Source: Octopus vulgaris (Eukaryota). Taken from it: a stretch of 64,000 bases of DNA. Position 1 is the stretch's first letter. Each line of letters begins with the position of its first letter. Positions 53,901 through 62,984 of the stretch are shown here, piece after piece. The translations under genes were made by a program, and so were the position numbers. The stretch spans positions 65,162,001 to 65,226,000 of the forward strand of contig OX597831.1 in the NCBI GenBank assembly GCA_951406725.2. The letters are read 5' to 3'. The notes below the pieces were generated by a model. That model saw only the letters and a list, made by a program, of their open reading frames with translations. It had not been told where the DNA came from and ran no database searches.

Positions 53901-54187
53901 GCAGATCTTGTGCATAACAGTAAAAAATGTAATTAAAAAAAAATAAAGTGTTTAAAAAAAAAATGCCTACTTCAATGATACTTTTTGAGGGTATGATGTA
54001 GACAAACAGCAAGAATATTTAAAGAAAGCTAAACTATGAATTCCATGGGTTCCATTAATATGAATAAATATGATAAATATATCTGCGAGAATGAAAGCAA
54101 ATAAAAGGAATGTATACCTTCAAGAATCGAAATCTTTCTTCATTCCTTTCAAATTCACGAATTTCATTTTGTTGGAGAGCATCTGAA
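15923..54187 (-). CDS. ACO1: Cytoplasmic aconitate hydratase / iron-regulatory protein 1, 5'-partial multi-exon gene (18 coding exons in window)
   Basis: Spliced exons total 2263 nt and stay in frame, giving AcnA/IRP motifs [93 protein letters not shown] and [10 protein letters not shown]. All introns are GT-AG. Confidence 0.97.
16384..16655 (+). mobile_element. RTE LINE 3' tail copy nested in a TTAA-type MITE relic
   Basis: Tail sequence, (GAT)n, TSD aaaggcagcat. Confidence 0.8.
16737..16922 (-). CDS. ACO1: ACO1 exon ([32 protein letters not shown]...TTTVE)
   Basis: 186 nt, ctag acceptor, gtaagt donor. Confidence 0.95.
17182..17219 (-). ncRNA. Degenerate minimal hammerhead ribozyme motif
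   Basis: CAC CUGAUGA A GG...CC GAA ACGU U GUG; stem II reduced to 2 bp. Confidence 0.45.
17206..17431. repeat. Inverted duplication with about 105-bp arms in a retroposon carrying a tRNA B-box-like head
   Basis: ccttcatcaggtgt...gcctggaatc versus gattccaggc...acacctgatgaagg. Confidence 0.85.
18132..18254 (-). CDS. ACO1: ACO1 exon ([12 protein letters not shown]...[21 protein letters not shown]), catalytic Ser region
   Basis: 123 nt, ttcag acceptor, gtaagt donor. Confidence 0.95.
18635..18855. mobile_element. piggyBac-type MITE, different family
   Basis: TTAA CCCTTTAG ... CTAAAAGG TTAA. Confidence 0.7.
18896..19785 (-). mobile_element. RTE LINE 3' end with internal about 159-bp triplication
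   Basis: [15 protein letters not shown] at the 5' end, units near 19182/19340/19499, (GAT)n tail. Confidence 0.85.
20786..21173 (+). mobile_element. Tc1-type deletion derivative
   Basis: TIR CCTCTGTGYGAAAAGTCTGGCTGCAT; transposase C-terminal remnant AVLQSWEEL...IVDCRGG. Confidence 0.75.
21496..22474 (-). mobile_element. Internally deleted mariner element
   Basis: About 30-bp TIRs (CGAGGTGGTATCAAAA...), TA flanks, remnants [13 protein letters not shown] and QGDYFEGD. Confidence 0.8.
21687..21908. mobile_element. piggyBac-type MITE nested in the mariner
   Basis: TTAA on both sides, TIR CCCTTTCATTAC. Confidence 0.85.
22595..23075 (-). mobile_element. RTE LINE 3' tail copy
   Basis: Shared tail sequence and (GAT)n. 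Confidence 0.8.
23119..23266 (-). CDS. ACO1: ACO1 exon ([29 protein letters not shown]...HIPTGAT)
   Basis: 148 nt, ttctag acceptor, gtgagt donor. Confidence 0.95.
23790..24737. repeat. Long inverted repeat, about 195-bp arms (23790-23984, 24543-24737)
   Basis: Arms are reverse complements with scattered mismatches. Confidence 0.9.
24960..25167. repeat. 69-bp minisatellite, about three copies
   Basis: atcagyaaaggcatgctg at 25008, 25077 and 25146. Confidence 0.8.
26067..26298 (-). mobile_element. SINE family B
   Basis: Full length, gaaatacct duplicated at flanks. Confidence 0.85.
26755..27092 (-). mobile_element. Non-autonomous Helitron-like element, second family
   Basis: TC start, hairpin plus CTAG end; homologous to 36554-36921. 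Confidence 0.7.
27233..27375 (-). CDS. ACO1: ACO1 exon (TKELP...[28 protein letters not shown])
   Basis: 143 nt, ttccag acceptor, AA|gtaggt donor (phase 2, fits next exon). Confidence 0.93.
27547..27915 (+). mobile_element. SINE family A
   Basis: Same consensus, slightly 5'-truncated. Confidence 0.85.
28515..28619 (-). CDS. ACO1: ACO1 exon ([35 protein letters not shown])
   Basis: 105 nt, ttttag acceptor, gtacgt donor. Confidence 0.94.
28929..29409. mobile_element. TA-flanked Tc1/mariner/pogo-type MITE
   Basis: TA CCGTAAATCCACGAG ... CTCGAGGATTTACAG TA. Confidence 0.7.
30396..30629 (+). mobile_element. tRNA-derived SINE family B (MetaSINE-like central domain)
   Basis: B box GAGTTCAAATTCC, gcctttcatcctttcggggtcgataaa domain, 16-bp TSD tatatttactacccct. 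Confidence 0.85.
31217..31276 (-). CDS. ACO1: ACO1 exon ([20 protein letters not shown])
   Basis: 60 nt, ttttag acceptor, gtgagt donor. Confidence 0.92.
32067..32305 (-). mobile_element. RTE LINE 3' tail copy
   Basis: Shared tail sequence and (GAT)n. Confidence 0.75.
32545..32745 (+). mobile_element. Older SINE family B relative
   Basis: Diverged head and central domain, different tail. Confidence 0.7.
32969..33033 (-). CDS. ACO1: ACO1 exon ([22 protein letters not shown])
   Basis: 65 nt, catag acceptor, gtgatt donor, LKDIWP motif. Confidence 0.93.
33531..33687 (-). CDS. ACO1: ACO1 exon ([31 protein letters not shown]...DFETEPL)
   Basis: 157 nt, cacag acceptor, gtaatt donor. Confidence 0.95.
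33889..33973 (-). CDS. ACO1: ACO1 exon ([28 protein letters not shown]), second and third Fe-S Cys
   Basis: 85 nt, ttcag acceptor, gtttgt donor. Confidence 0.95.
34110..34245 (-). CDS. ACO1: ACO1 exon ([46 protein letters not shown])
   Basis: 136 nt, poly-T plus aag acceptor, gtaagc donor. Confidence 0.95.
34459..34606 (-). CDS. ACO1: ACO1 exon (GFQIPP...[24 protein letters not shown]), first Fe-S Cys
   Basis: 148 nt, ctgcag acceptor, gttagt donor. Confidence 0.95.
34930..35103. mobile_element. Diverged partial relative of the MITE (one end)
   Basis: Ends in ccgttcaaaccgaaaagatcc with the same subterminal sequence. Confidence 0.6.
35455..35880 (-). mobile_element. RTE LINE 3' tail copy with internal tandem units
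   Basis: Repeated aacgatcacgctcgaatggtgc units. Confidence 0.8.
35962..36090 (-). CDS. ACO1: ACO1 exon ([23 protein letters not shown]...PAGFK)
   Basis: 129 nt, cag acceptor, gtaaat donor, SGPKRP motif. Confidence 0.93.
36554..36921 (-). mobile_element. Non-autonomous Helitron-like element, second family
   Basis: Homologous to 26755-27092. Confidence 0.7.
37413..37620 (+). mobile_element. RTE LINE 3' tail copy
   Basis: Shared tail sequence and (GAT)n. Confidence 0.8.
37640..38718 (+). mobile_element. Degenerate mariner transposon (transposase pseudogene)
   Basis: Remnants [28 protein letters not shown] and [15 protein letters not shown] with stops and frameshifts. Confidence 0.85.
38837..38937 (-). 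CDS. ACO1: ACO1 exon ([34 protein letters not shown])
   Basis: 101 nt, ttttag acceptor, gtaagt donor, frame continuous with neighbours. Confidence 0.92.
39171..39548 (-). mobile_element. SINE family A
   Basis: Same consensus. Confidence 0.85.
40458..40629 (-). CDS. ACO1: ACO1 exon ([18 protein letters not shown]...[14 protein letters not shown]...YLQQT)
   Basis: 172 nt, ctag acceptor, gtaaga donor. Confidence 0.95.
41574..41788 (-). mobile_element. SINE family B
   Basis: TSD gcaccccatcactacc. Confidence 0.85.
42160..42660 (+). mobile_element. CR1-clade LINE 3' fragment
   Basis: LPYSERL...RGHVYKV...[21 protein letters not shown]...FK, typical CR1 ORF2 C-terminus. Confidence 0.85.
43456..43595 (-). 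CDS. ACO1: ACO1 exon ([26 protein letters not shown]...DVVLTITK)
   Basis: 140 nt, tttag acceptor, gtaatt donor. Confidence 0.95.
44065..44420 (+). mobile_element. SINE family A, diverged
   Basis: Same consensus. Confidence 0.8.
44961..45320. repeat. AT-rich palindrome, about 165-bp arms and 25-bp spacer
   Basis: aatatgaattagagataaaaccactatta... versus ...taatagtggttttatctctaattcatatt. Confidence 0.9.
45467..45879 (+). mobile_element. SINE family A
   Basis: Full-length consensus. Confidence 0.85.
45879..46002. repeat. 124-bp hairpin, probable tiny MITE
   Basis: About 54-bp imperfect arms tatacaagaatg.../...cattcttgtata, TA ends. Confidence 0.8.
46510..46922 (+). mobile_element. SINE family A
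   Basis: Full-length consensus. Confidence 0.85.
48296..48625 (-). mobile_element. 3' end of an RTE-clade LINE with (GAA)n tail
   Basis: Homologous to 14827-15075. Confidence 0.75.
48640..49180 (-). mobile_element. Possible highly degenerate Gypsy integrase relic
   Basis: [10 protein letters not shown]...SYIYWW resembles the H2C2 zinc-binding region; weak. Confidence 0.3.
49191..49600. mobile_element. Same MITE family, opposite orientation
   Basis: Same TIRs, gagataa duplicated at flanks, internal (CCCTAA)2. Confidence 0.85.
49798..49981 (-). CDS. ACO1: ACO1 exon ([27 protein letters not shown]...[15 protein letters not shown])
   Basis: 184 nt, tttacag acceptor, gtaagt donor. Confidence 0.95.
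50336..50714 (-). mobile_element. SINE family A
   Basis: Same consensus. Confidence 0.85.
51326..52109 (-). mobile_element. Two tandem SINE family A copies (51326-51724, 51735-52109)
   Basis: Head-to-tail copies of the consensus. Confidence 0.85.
52769..52803 (-). ncRNA. Minimal type I hammerhead ribozyme motif in a Penelope-like repeat fragment (about 52695-52825)
   Basis: GUUU CUGACGA A GAGC-UCU-GCUC GAA ACGU U AAAC: core boxes, 4-bp stem I, 4-bp stem II, palindromic stem III. Confidence 0.65.
53263..53668. mobile_element. Same MITE family, nested in an older SINE
   Basis: TIRs, TSD caaaatgt/caaaatgc; the SINE sequence resumes after it. Confidence 0.85.
54118..54187 (-). CDS. ACO1: ACO1 exon ([23 protein letters not shown])
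   Basis: 70 nt, ttttag acceptor, AAG|gtatac donor, aligns to IRP1 ADSLQKNQDLEFERNRERFEFLK. Confidence 0.92.
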
Positions 54188-55067
54188 CTAAAATACAATA
54201 AAAATAAAATTGTCAATTAAATACTTATCTATTATATAAAATTAATAAAGGAATATTGTCATCAATGAAAAATCTGTATCTGGGAATAAATTCTAAAAAA
54301 AATACAATAAAAATATCAAAATAGATAAATAAATATATAAATAAACCAGAAATATATATAAAAATAAATATATAAATAAACCAGAAAACTACACAAGATA
54401 AGCAGAGTTAGATCTGGATGTTCTCTTGGAGATACATTTTCTTTTGAAAACTATTTTAATGTCCATTGTTTCAGTGTTATGGCTTGCTGGGTCTGCAAAA
54501 ATCAAAAAAGGTGCTTTTTATGACTAAAAATTCTCGATAATGCCAACCTCCCATTGAAATGGGTCTGCTTTGTATTCTCCAGCTCTGTATATTGAAACAA
54601 ATATTAGTGCTACACAAAGCTGAATAAATTATAAGCATAACATAATAACTTTCCCAGTTTAAGAACATCCTATATCTTGATGTTGGACATGGGGGATAAT
54701 TTCAACCTACTTATAACTACTTGGCTACTAACTGACGCTAAGACCAATCGAGATGCCAAGCAACAACAGAGAAGAACACATCACTAACAGATACAATCAA
54801 AAGCCTATGGTTATAAGTAAAAGGATTTCCAATGCTAAACATTATTAAAAGGGCTACACCAATTAATTAGCAGATGATCAATATTGTTATGTTGGTGTGT
54901 TTATGTCCTCATAACTCAGTGGTTCGGCAAAAGAGGCCAATAAAATAAGTACTAGGTTTACAAAGAATAAGTCCTGGGGTTGATTTCTTCAGCTAAAATC
55001 CAGCATGGCCACAGTCAAATGGCTGAAACGTGTAAAAGAATATATATATATATATATACATATATAT

Positions 55068-55320
55068 ATCATCATCATCATTGTTGTTTAACGTCTACTT
55101 TCCATGCTAGCATGGGTTGGACGATTTTGACTGAGGGCTGGTGAACCAGATGGCTGCACCAGGCTCCAGTCTTGATTTGGCAGAGTTTCTACAGCTGGAT
55201 GCCCTTCCTAACACCAACCACTCTGAGAGTGTAGTGGGTGCTTTTTACGTGCCACCAGTTTTACACATGCCACCAGCACAGGTGCCAGTAAGGCGACGTT
55301 GGTAACGATAGTAAGGCGAC
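55068..55320 (-). mobile_element. RTE LINE 3' tail copy
   Basis: Shared tail sequence and (GAT)n. Confidence 0.75.
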
Positions 55321-55645
55321 ATCAAGAATGCCATTCTCAGAATCGTATTTTTGGTTTGGGATATTGTAGCTGGAAGTAATCTTTATAAGTAGGTTTGAAA
55401 ATTACAACTCAAACACAACAGGATATGACTGCATGTCAACAGTGATAATTTCTTGAACCAAATAATGTATCATTGACAATTGTTGATGTCCTTTATCTGT
55501 TTTTCCTTTCTTGTATTTCAGTTTAAAGTAGTTTGTGTTATTGATGAATATCCAGCATCTGGGGTTTTCCTCTTCATTTTACCAATTTCTTTTGACAATT
55601 CATCAGTATAGAACATTTTTAAGATGATTAGATGTTGTGAAAGTT

Positions 55646-56057
55646 AGATCTTTTTGGTTTGAATAGCAGTTTTTTAAAATAATTTCCACATAACTAAACA
55701 CTTTTAAACTTTGTAGAATGTGTTTATAAAACATCTTTTTCTCTTGGCTTTATTGAGAAAATTCTATAGTTTGTAATATATTTGTTGTTTTTTTCTTCTT
55801 CAATTTCTGCAATTTCAACCAATCACTGATATCTATTGAGGTGAAAAACATTCTGTGCCATATGAATATGTCCCTCGTTTAAGAAACAGATTGGGTTTAT
55901 TTACATTTCTGAAGAAAAAAAAGATACCCTTCCTCCCACCCCTAACCCTAACCCTAAAACAGATTGAAATGCAATAGATCAATACTAGGGTCATAATTAT
56001 GGGTGACAATTTCATATGACACCACCAGAAAAACTACCATTCAAACCAAAAAGATCC
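55646..56057. mobile_element. Same MITE family
   Basis: TIRs, TSD tgaaagtt, internal (CCCTAA)3. Confidence 0.85.
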
Positions 56058-56495
56058 TGAAAGTTTTAGCTTTTTATCCTCCTGTATAATATTGCAGAAA
56101 GTGAATTTTCATGGAAAATTTTTTGAAGAATAGAGAAGTAAATGATACTTTCTGCAATGTTTCCATATCAAGAGAGAAAAGCATAATATACAGAAGTTTG
56201 ACCATGCAAGGAGGCAAATTCAACACACACACAAATCCTCACTCAACAAGCTATTCTGCACTACTATTTTGTTAGCTGCCAGACTATAATGGATTCACTT
56301 TAGCTGGATCCCAAATTTGTCTATTTTGTGTGTGCTATGTAGAAAAATATATTTCCTGTGCTTACATAAGTATATTAGGTGATGGAAAAATGAAGCTACC
56401 TGCCCACTCCCATTCAAAAGAGGAACAACCAATCAATGAATTCCTTTCTAACCAAGCCAGGAATTCCACCCCTCTCAGGGATCCACTACTATACC

Positions 56496-56722
56496 TATTT
56501 CTTTATTACCCACAAAGGGCTAAACACCGAGGGGACAAACAAGGACAGACAAATGGATTAAGTCGATTACATCGACCCCAGTGCGTAACTGGTACTTAAT
56601 TTATCGACTCCCGAAAGGATGAAAGGCAAAGTCGACCTCGGCGGAATTTGAACTCAGAACGTAACGGCAGATGAAATACGGCTACGCATTTCACCCGGCA
56701 TGCTAACGTTTCTGCCAGCTTG
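56496..56722 (-). mobile_element. SINE family B
   Basis: Consensus match, ccactaNtatacc duplicated at flanks. Confidence 0.85.
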
Positions 56723-57379
56723 CCACTAATATACCATCCTGCTTTGGCTTGAGTCACAACTCCATAACTTGTGAGCACAAGAGGATGAATAGAAAGCTAA
56801 TTACTAATATGCTTATAGCTACAATATGTGTTGCTTTTTGTGCTTATCCTTTCCTCTTCTATTTTAGGCTAAGACTAAATATGTTGATTTTATGGTCACC
56901 CAATGATTGAACAAGTATGAGTCCTACATGTAGGTGTAGAATGTATTGTATACTGAGGGTTGCATCAGTGAACTTCATGGTTCAATGGCAATAAAATGTA
57001 GAAACCTTGGTAAAATTAACCTAATTCTTTCATACACTCTCAAACAGTAACTCTGCAATAGTGATTAATTATGAAATATTATAACATACCACTTGCAATT
57101 AATTACACTATGAATTTTCATGTGACAATACTTAGTTACATTATAAATAATTAGCCTCTAATTTACTGGTATTGGCTAATAAAACAAAGCCAATTAATTA
57201 ATAATCAGCGATTTTGCATGTCAGTGGTACATCCTATTCTTTTATTATCATTAAAAATGTATTTTAACTTCTTAAAATATATTACAATTAAAAACTTCTC
57301 TAGTTGAGAAGAACAATAAATAGATTATGAAAGTTATAATTATAGACTAGAACAGTTGTAGCAGAAATAGCAATCCCAA

Positions 57380-57566
57380 GCTGGTGGCACGTAAAAAGCA
57401 CCCACTACACTCTCAGAGTGGTTGGCATTAGGAAGGGCATCCAGCTGTAGAAACTTTGCCAGATCAGATTGGAGCCTGGAGCAGCCTTCTGGCTTGCCAT
57501 CCCTCAGTCAAACTATCCAACCCATATCAGCATAGAAAGCGGATGTTAAATGACGACGATGATGAT
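57380..57566 (+). mobile_element. RTE LINE 3' tail copy
   Basis: Shared tail sequence; an inverted copy follows at 57737-57880. Confidence 0.75.
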
Positions 57567-57736
57567 GAAATTATGCAATAATCATATCAATAATATTTGG
57601 ATAAATGAAAAGAAATTATTGTAAAAAATAAAAACAAAAAAATTCCCATTAAATTCATTTTTACAGGTATATAAAATATGGCAAGTGTTATAGAAGTGGT
57701 TTACATTACAAACCAAGTTAAATGCCATAATTAGAA

Positions 57737-57880
57737 TCATCATCATCATCATCATCGTTTAATGTCCGCTTTCCATGCTAGCATGGGTTGGACGATTTTA
57801 ACTGAGGGCTGGCGAACCAGATGGCTGCACCAGGCTCCAATCTTGATCTGGCAGAGTTTCTACAGCTGGATCCCCTTCCT
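57737..57880 (-). mobile_element. RTE LINE 3' tail copy, short
   Basis: Shared tail sequence and (GAT)n. Confidence 0.75.
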
Positions 57881-58304
57881 ATAGAATAGAACTATAATTT
57901 AAAATGATACTTGTAGAATTATACCTGATCATGAAAGAAAAATTAATTCTAAACTGATAATTTCAAATTACAATATACCCACATCATGTCAGAGTGAGAA
58001 GACTGGGTGTGGCTGTTTGGACATTCAGTCTGTTTTAGTATGGGAGATAAACACACACACACACAATGAATGTGCATAGAAATTACACACATACAGATAC
58101 AGACATTACACGTTCATAACTAGATGCTCACAAATATATTGAAATGACATGTCAGATAAGTCACCATCGAATCAGCAACATCAAATAGGCAGCAGCAAAA
58201 TAGTCATGCCAAAACATCTTGTGTCCACATCATGTAATACATCTTATTGCATACAGACATTGAAATATTGTGTTAAGCTACTTGTTTATATTTTGATGTT
58301 CAAG

Positions 58305-58497
58305 GCACCGGTGGCACGTAAAGAGCATCCACTACACTCACGGAGTGGTTGGCGTTAGGAAGGGCATCCAGCTGTAGAAGCCCTGCCAGATCAGACTGGA
58401 GCCTGGTGTAGCCTCCAGGCTTCCCAGACCCCGGTCGAACCGTCCAATCCATGCTAGCATGGAAAGCGGACGTTAAACGATGATGATGATGATGATG
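58305..58497 (+). mobile_element. RTE LINE 3' tail copy
   Basis: Shared tail sequence and (GAT)n. Confidence 0.8.
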
Positions 58498-58954
58498 AAG
58501 TGTAAATCTGTAAATTCTGTCTGTTGCAAGAAGAACGTAAGATGCAAAAACTGAATTTAAACAGAATCTATTCTCTCATGTTCTTTGATATTTTCCCAAA
58601 CAGTTTAACTCCCATCCAAAATTAGAACATAAACATCTAAAAAACTTGAAATTAAAATCAAACCCAGTGAATGTAAGCTAAATTAGTCATTTGTTTTGGC
58701 GGCCTAAGTAATAGAAACATAACTTCAATGAAACTGAAGCTCTAAAAATAAGCAGGAAGAGAGAATACAGAATTGACAAAAGATAAATTCCACCAGAAAT
58801 TATAACAAAAATGTTCTGTGATAATATCTGTATAACATTTTTGATATTGTGATAAAATGACCAAATAATTAGACTATTAAACTGACTTTTTAAAATTTTG
58901 ATTTAAAACACTGGACATGCATTCAAAAGGGAAAAGAAAAGAACAGACATAGTC

Positions 58955-59355
58955 TACTCTTTTACTTGTTTCAGTCATTTGACTGTGGCCATGCTGGAGC
59001 ACCGCCTTTAGTCAAGCAAATCGACCCCAGGACTTATTCTTTGTAAGCCTAGTACATATTCTATCGGTCTCTTTTGCCGAACTGCTAAGTTACAGTGACG
59101 TAAACACACCAGCATCGGTTGTCAAGTGATGTTGGGGAGACAAACACAGACACACAAACATATACATGCACACATATATATATACATATATACGACAGGC
59201 TTCTTTCAGTTTCCGTCTACCAAATCCACTCACAAGGCATTGGTCGGCCCGAGGCTTTAGTAGAAGACACTTGCCCAAGATGCCACGCAGTGGGACTGAA
59301 CCCGGAACCATGTGGTTGGTAAACAAGCTACTTACCACACAGCCACTCCTACACC
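58955..59355 (-). mobile_element. SINE family A
   Basis: Full-length consensus. Confidence 0.85.
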
Positions 59356-59825
59356 TATATGCAATTAATACTTTAGAAATATGGAAAGAAAAATGAGCGT
59401 GACAATCCTTGAGATTAAATATTATTTTCTTTATACCAGCTCTTTTGTATGGAATCACTCCCATAATTATGGTCATATGGCATCATATGAACTACTTTCT
59501 CAGACACTCAGAAAACTGCCAACCATTATTTTTTTTCATCAGTTTTATATATTTTCAGTGGGTTTGTTAGAAATACTAAATAACCATGACATCAAATCAC
59601 CGCTGACTACCTTACACTCAACATATTCAAGGTAAGTTTTTAGTGCTCCTTATTTCAATACCTACCAAAAAACTGAAAGAAAAAATTAAGAAAATCTATG
59701 TGGTTGCTCCTGCAAATTGAGCAACCACATAGGTTAAAAAAATAACCAGATCTCTCTCAAATAGCACACGCTCATCTTAAGGGAAGAATAGAACAGACAG
59801 TATAATCCTAATTACATTATCTTAC

Positions 59826-60864
59826 ATTACTATTGTAATACAACTATTCAACTCAGGTCAGGGTCCTCAGAAACAATAAAAATAGAAATGATGACAGAGT
59901 GAACAGATACGAAGTGATAACTAAACTTGTATATTCAAAAACAAAAATCACTTCCTTTTTTTTTTTTAGTTGAAGTATAATCCTAATTACATTATCTTGA
60001 AAATAAGATGGGATGGTCATGGCTGAAATGCTCTGATTACAGGCCTGCTCAATAAGGACAAATCTGGAGTTAAATAACATCAGCCATTTTATGCAATATA
60101 TTGATATATTCTTTTTATTGCCTGTAGATAAGAAAAAAAGTCCTCTCAAAAAACAAAGCAACAACCTAAAACCTCAGGAGACAATCTTGATTTCGCTAAA
60201 GCTCACTACTATTGTAATATAACCATTCAACTCAGGTCAGTGTCCTCAGAAACACAATAAAAATAGAAATGATGACAGAGTGAACAGATACGAAGTGATA
60301 ACTAAACTTGTATATTCAAAAACAAAAATCACTTCCTTTTTTTTTTTAGTTGAAGTATAATCCTAATTACATTATCTTGAAAATAAGATGGGATGGTCAT
60401 GGCTGAAATGCTCTGATTACAGGCCTGCTCAATAAGGACAAATCATTCAAAAACAAAAATCACTTCCTTTTTTTTTTAGTTGAAGTATAATCCTAATTAC
60501 ATTATCTTGAAAATAAGATGGGATGGTCATGGCTGAAATGCTCTGATTACAGGCCTGCTCAATAAGGACAAATCTGGAGTTAAATAACATCAGCCATTTT
60601 ATGCAATATATTGATATATTCTTTTTATTGCCTGTAGATAAGAAAAAAAGTCCTCTCAAAAAACAAAGCAACAACCTAAAACCTCAGGAGACAATCTTGA
60701 TTTCGCTAAAGCTCACTACTATTGTAATATAACCATTCAACTCAGGTCAGTGTCCTCAGAAACACAATAAAAATAGAAATGATGACAGAGTGAACAGATA
60801 CGAAGTGATAACTAAACTTGTATATTCAAAAACAAAAATCACTTCCTTTTTTTTTTTTAGTTGA
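59826..60864. repeat. Near-identical tandem duplication, about 381-bp unit with nested about 129-bp repeat
   Basis: aatagaaatgatgacagagtgaac at 59881, 60262 and 60772. Confidence 0.9.
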
Positions 60865-61324
60865 TTAGGCCTATCAGATGACTGACTAAATTACTCTACT
60901 TTTAGCTCGAATGACTTTAAGATTCAAGATAAGATCCACTGCTTTCTGGCTTCTCCAATAAAAACAGCCAAACTCAACACTACAAACTAATGAGTAACAT
61001 GTCGATTTTAGTGCTGCCACTTCTAACGACAGTGAGTTCTTTTTACTCTAAAGTATCCACTTTCAGCTGAATGGATAGGATCATGTGAGAACCATATATT
61101 TTGGCCAAAGAGAATATACAGTGCTGGTAATAAGAGATGAAGTGCCAATCCTCAGAAGATAGGTATCCCACAAACTCAGTTAGCCAGGATTTCTTATAGA
61201 CAAAAAAAAAAACAACAGAAATCTAGCTGAAATGTTCACATTTACAAATGTTACACTATAAGTGTATATATAATATACACACACAAAAGCCTTAGGAGTC
61301 TAAATAGAAGAAATATTCAGTTAA

Positions 61325-61545
61325 CCCTTTCATTACCGTATTTATTTTGAGATGCTCTGTGTTTCTTTCAATTATTTTAAATATGACAAAGAATTTAGTA
61401 AAATAACTTAGTTACCATTCAGCTAGTGTTAGGAACATAAATTGTGACTAAGGTTTGGTGGAAGATTTTAATTCAAAACTTAAGAAAACAAGACATTTGT
61501 ACTACAGAGCCAGAGGCGGTTTCGGCTGGGTTGGTAATGAAAGGG
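61325..61545. mobile_element. piggyBac-type MITE, same family
   Basis: TTAA flanks, near-identical to 21687-21908. Confidence 0.85.
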
Positions 61546-61616
61546 TTAATGTAAAATCTAAAAAATTTAAATAAATATAATAAAATAAACTTGAAGCTAA
61601 ATTATGATGTTCAGCT

Positions 61617-62043
61617 CAAAAGCACCATCCGAACGTGGCCGTTGCCAGCGCCGCCTTGACAGGCTTCTGTGCCGGTGGCACATAAAAAGCACCATCCGAA
61701 CGTGGCCGATGCCAGCCCCGCCTCGACTGGCCTCTGTGCCGGTGGCACATAAAAAGCACCATCCGAACGTGGCCGATGCCAGCACCGCCTCGACTGGCTT
61801 CTGTGCCGGTGGCACATAAAAAGCACCAACCGATCGTGGCCGATGCCAGACCCCCCTGGCACCTGTGCAGGTGGCACGTAAAAAGCACCCACTACACTCG
61901 CGGAGTGGTTGGCGTTAGGAAGGGCATCCAGCTGTGGAAGCACTGCCAGATCAGACTGGAGCCTGGTGCAGCCCCTGGCTTCCCAGACCTCGGTCGAACC
62001 GTCCAACCCGTGCTAGCGCGGAAAACGGACGTTGATGATGATG
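61617..62043 (+). mobile_element. RTE LINE 3' tail copy with 67-bp tandem array
   Basis: agcacc anchors at 61621, 61688, 61755, 61822 and 61884. Confidence 0.85.
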
Positions 62044-62984
62044 AATCTCTTCTACACGCAATGTAATATGTTTCAGCTAAGCAGCTTATATGAAAATACA
62101 GTATCATATATGAAAATTTTATGTGAGGGAGAGAGGTTTGGCACAAAAATCTTGCAGCAACAATATCAGCAAATAGTAGTAGAGAAAGACATATTAAAAG
62201 GAATGAATTAAAAACATTTTTGAAGACTACTAATTAAAAATGCATATATTAAGTCAGTGTGTAACAAAACATGAGGTCAACTTTGATTGAGCAGACCTAC
62301 GACTAATGGCATTCCAGCTGTGACCATCCTGTCTATAAGGGTTACTGAGGACTACATTATTCAATGTGCCCTTCCTGTTTAAGACAATAGGTGTGATTTG
62401 AGGGAAAATTTGGCTGTTATTTCTAGCAAGTAAACCAGCTGTAAAGAGGTTCCCTCATAGGCTCAACAACAGCAAAATATTACTGCAAAGGTTATTTTTT
62501 AACCTTCTAATCAATGTAATTAAACAATATCAATAATTTATAACTTTATTATCGTTATAATGTACAAATTAAGAACAAAAATACCCAATGTTTATATGAT
62601 GCTATTTTATCAAGAATTTCAGACTTGAATCTAGTCCAAGATTTCAGTATTCAATAGTCAAAGAGCTTCTTCACTGATCTCAGAGGTACATGCATTCTTG
62701 CCATAGATAATGAACAGTTACAGTTTCATTGTGTGTGGTTTATTCCAAGAACACTTTTACATCTAGATTAACTCTCTGCTTAACTTGTAGCCATTTGCAA
62801 CAAAATAAAATAATAGGTTTAAATACTTTGAATACGTGACAACATAACTCTAGATCCATATTGAAAAACCTACAAAAGTCTAGATTTAACAATGTTACTA
62901 ACACAACAGCACAAACTATTACTAGCAGCAAGACTGTAAGATGTTTATGTTGGACAGGTACTATTATGGAACCAACTGTCTTAC

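Noticed and set aside
54548-54584. Possible micro-exon AGEYKADPFQWE resembling CPFH
   Set aside because: The only nearby donor ends in phase 0, incompatible with the next exon, and similarity is weak.
57979-58029. Possible second insert exon (TECPNSHTQSSH...)
   Set aside because: Open only in phase 0; the phase-2 frame needed after the PNPGGG exon hits TGA.
61617-61890. CRISPR-like array of palindromic repeats with spacers
   Set aside because: Spacers are mutually homologous, the array is part of a LINE 3'UTR, the DNA is eukaryotic and there are no cas genes.
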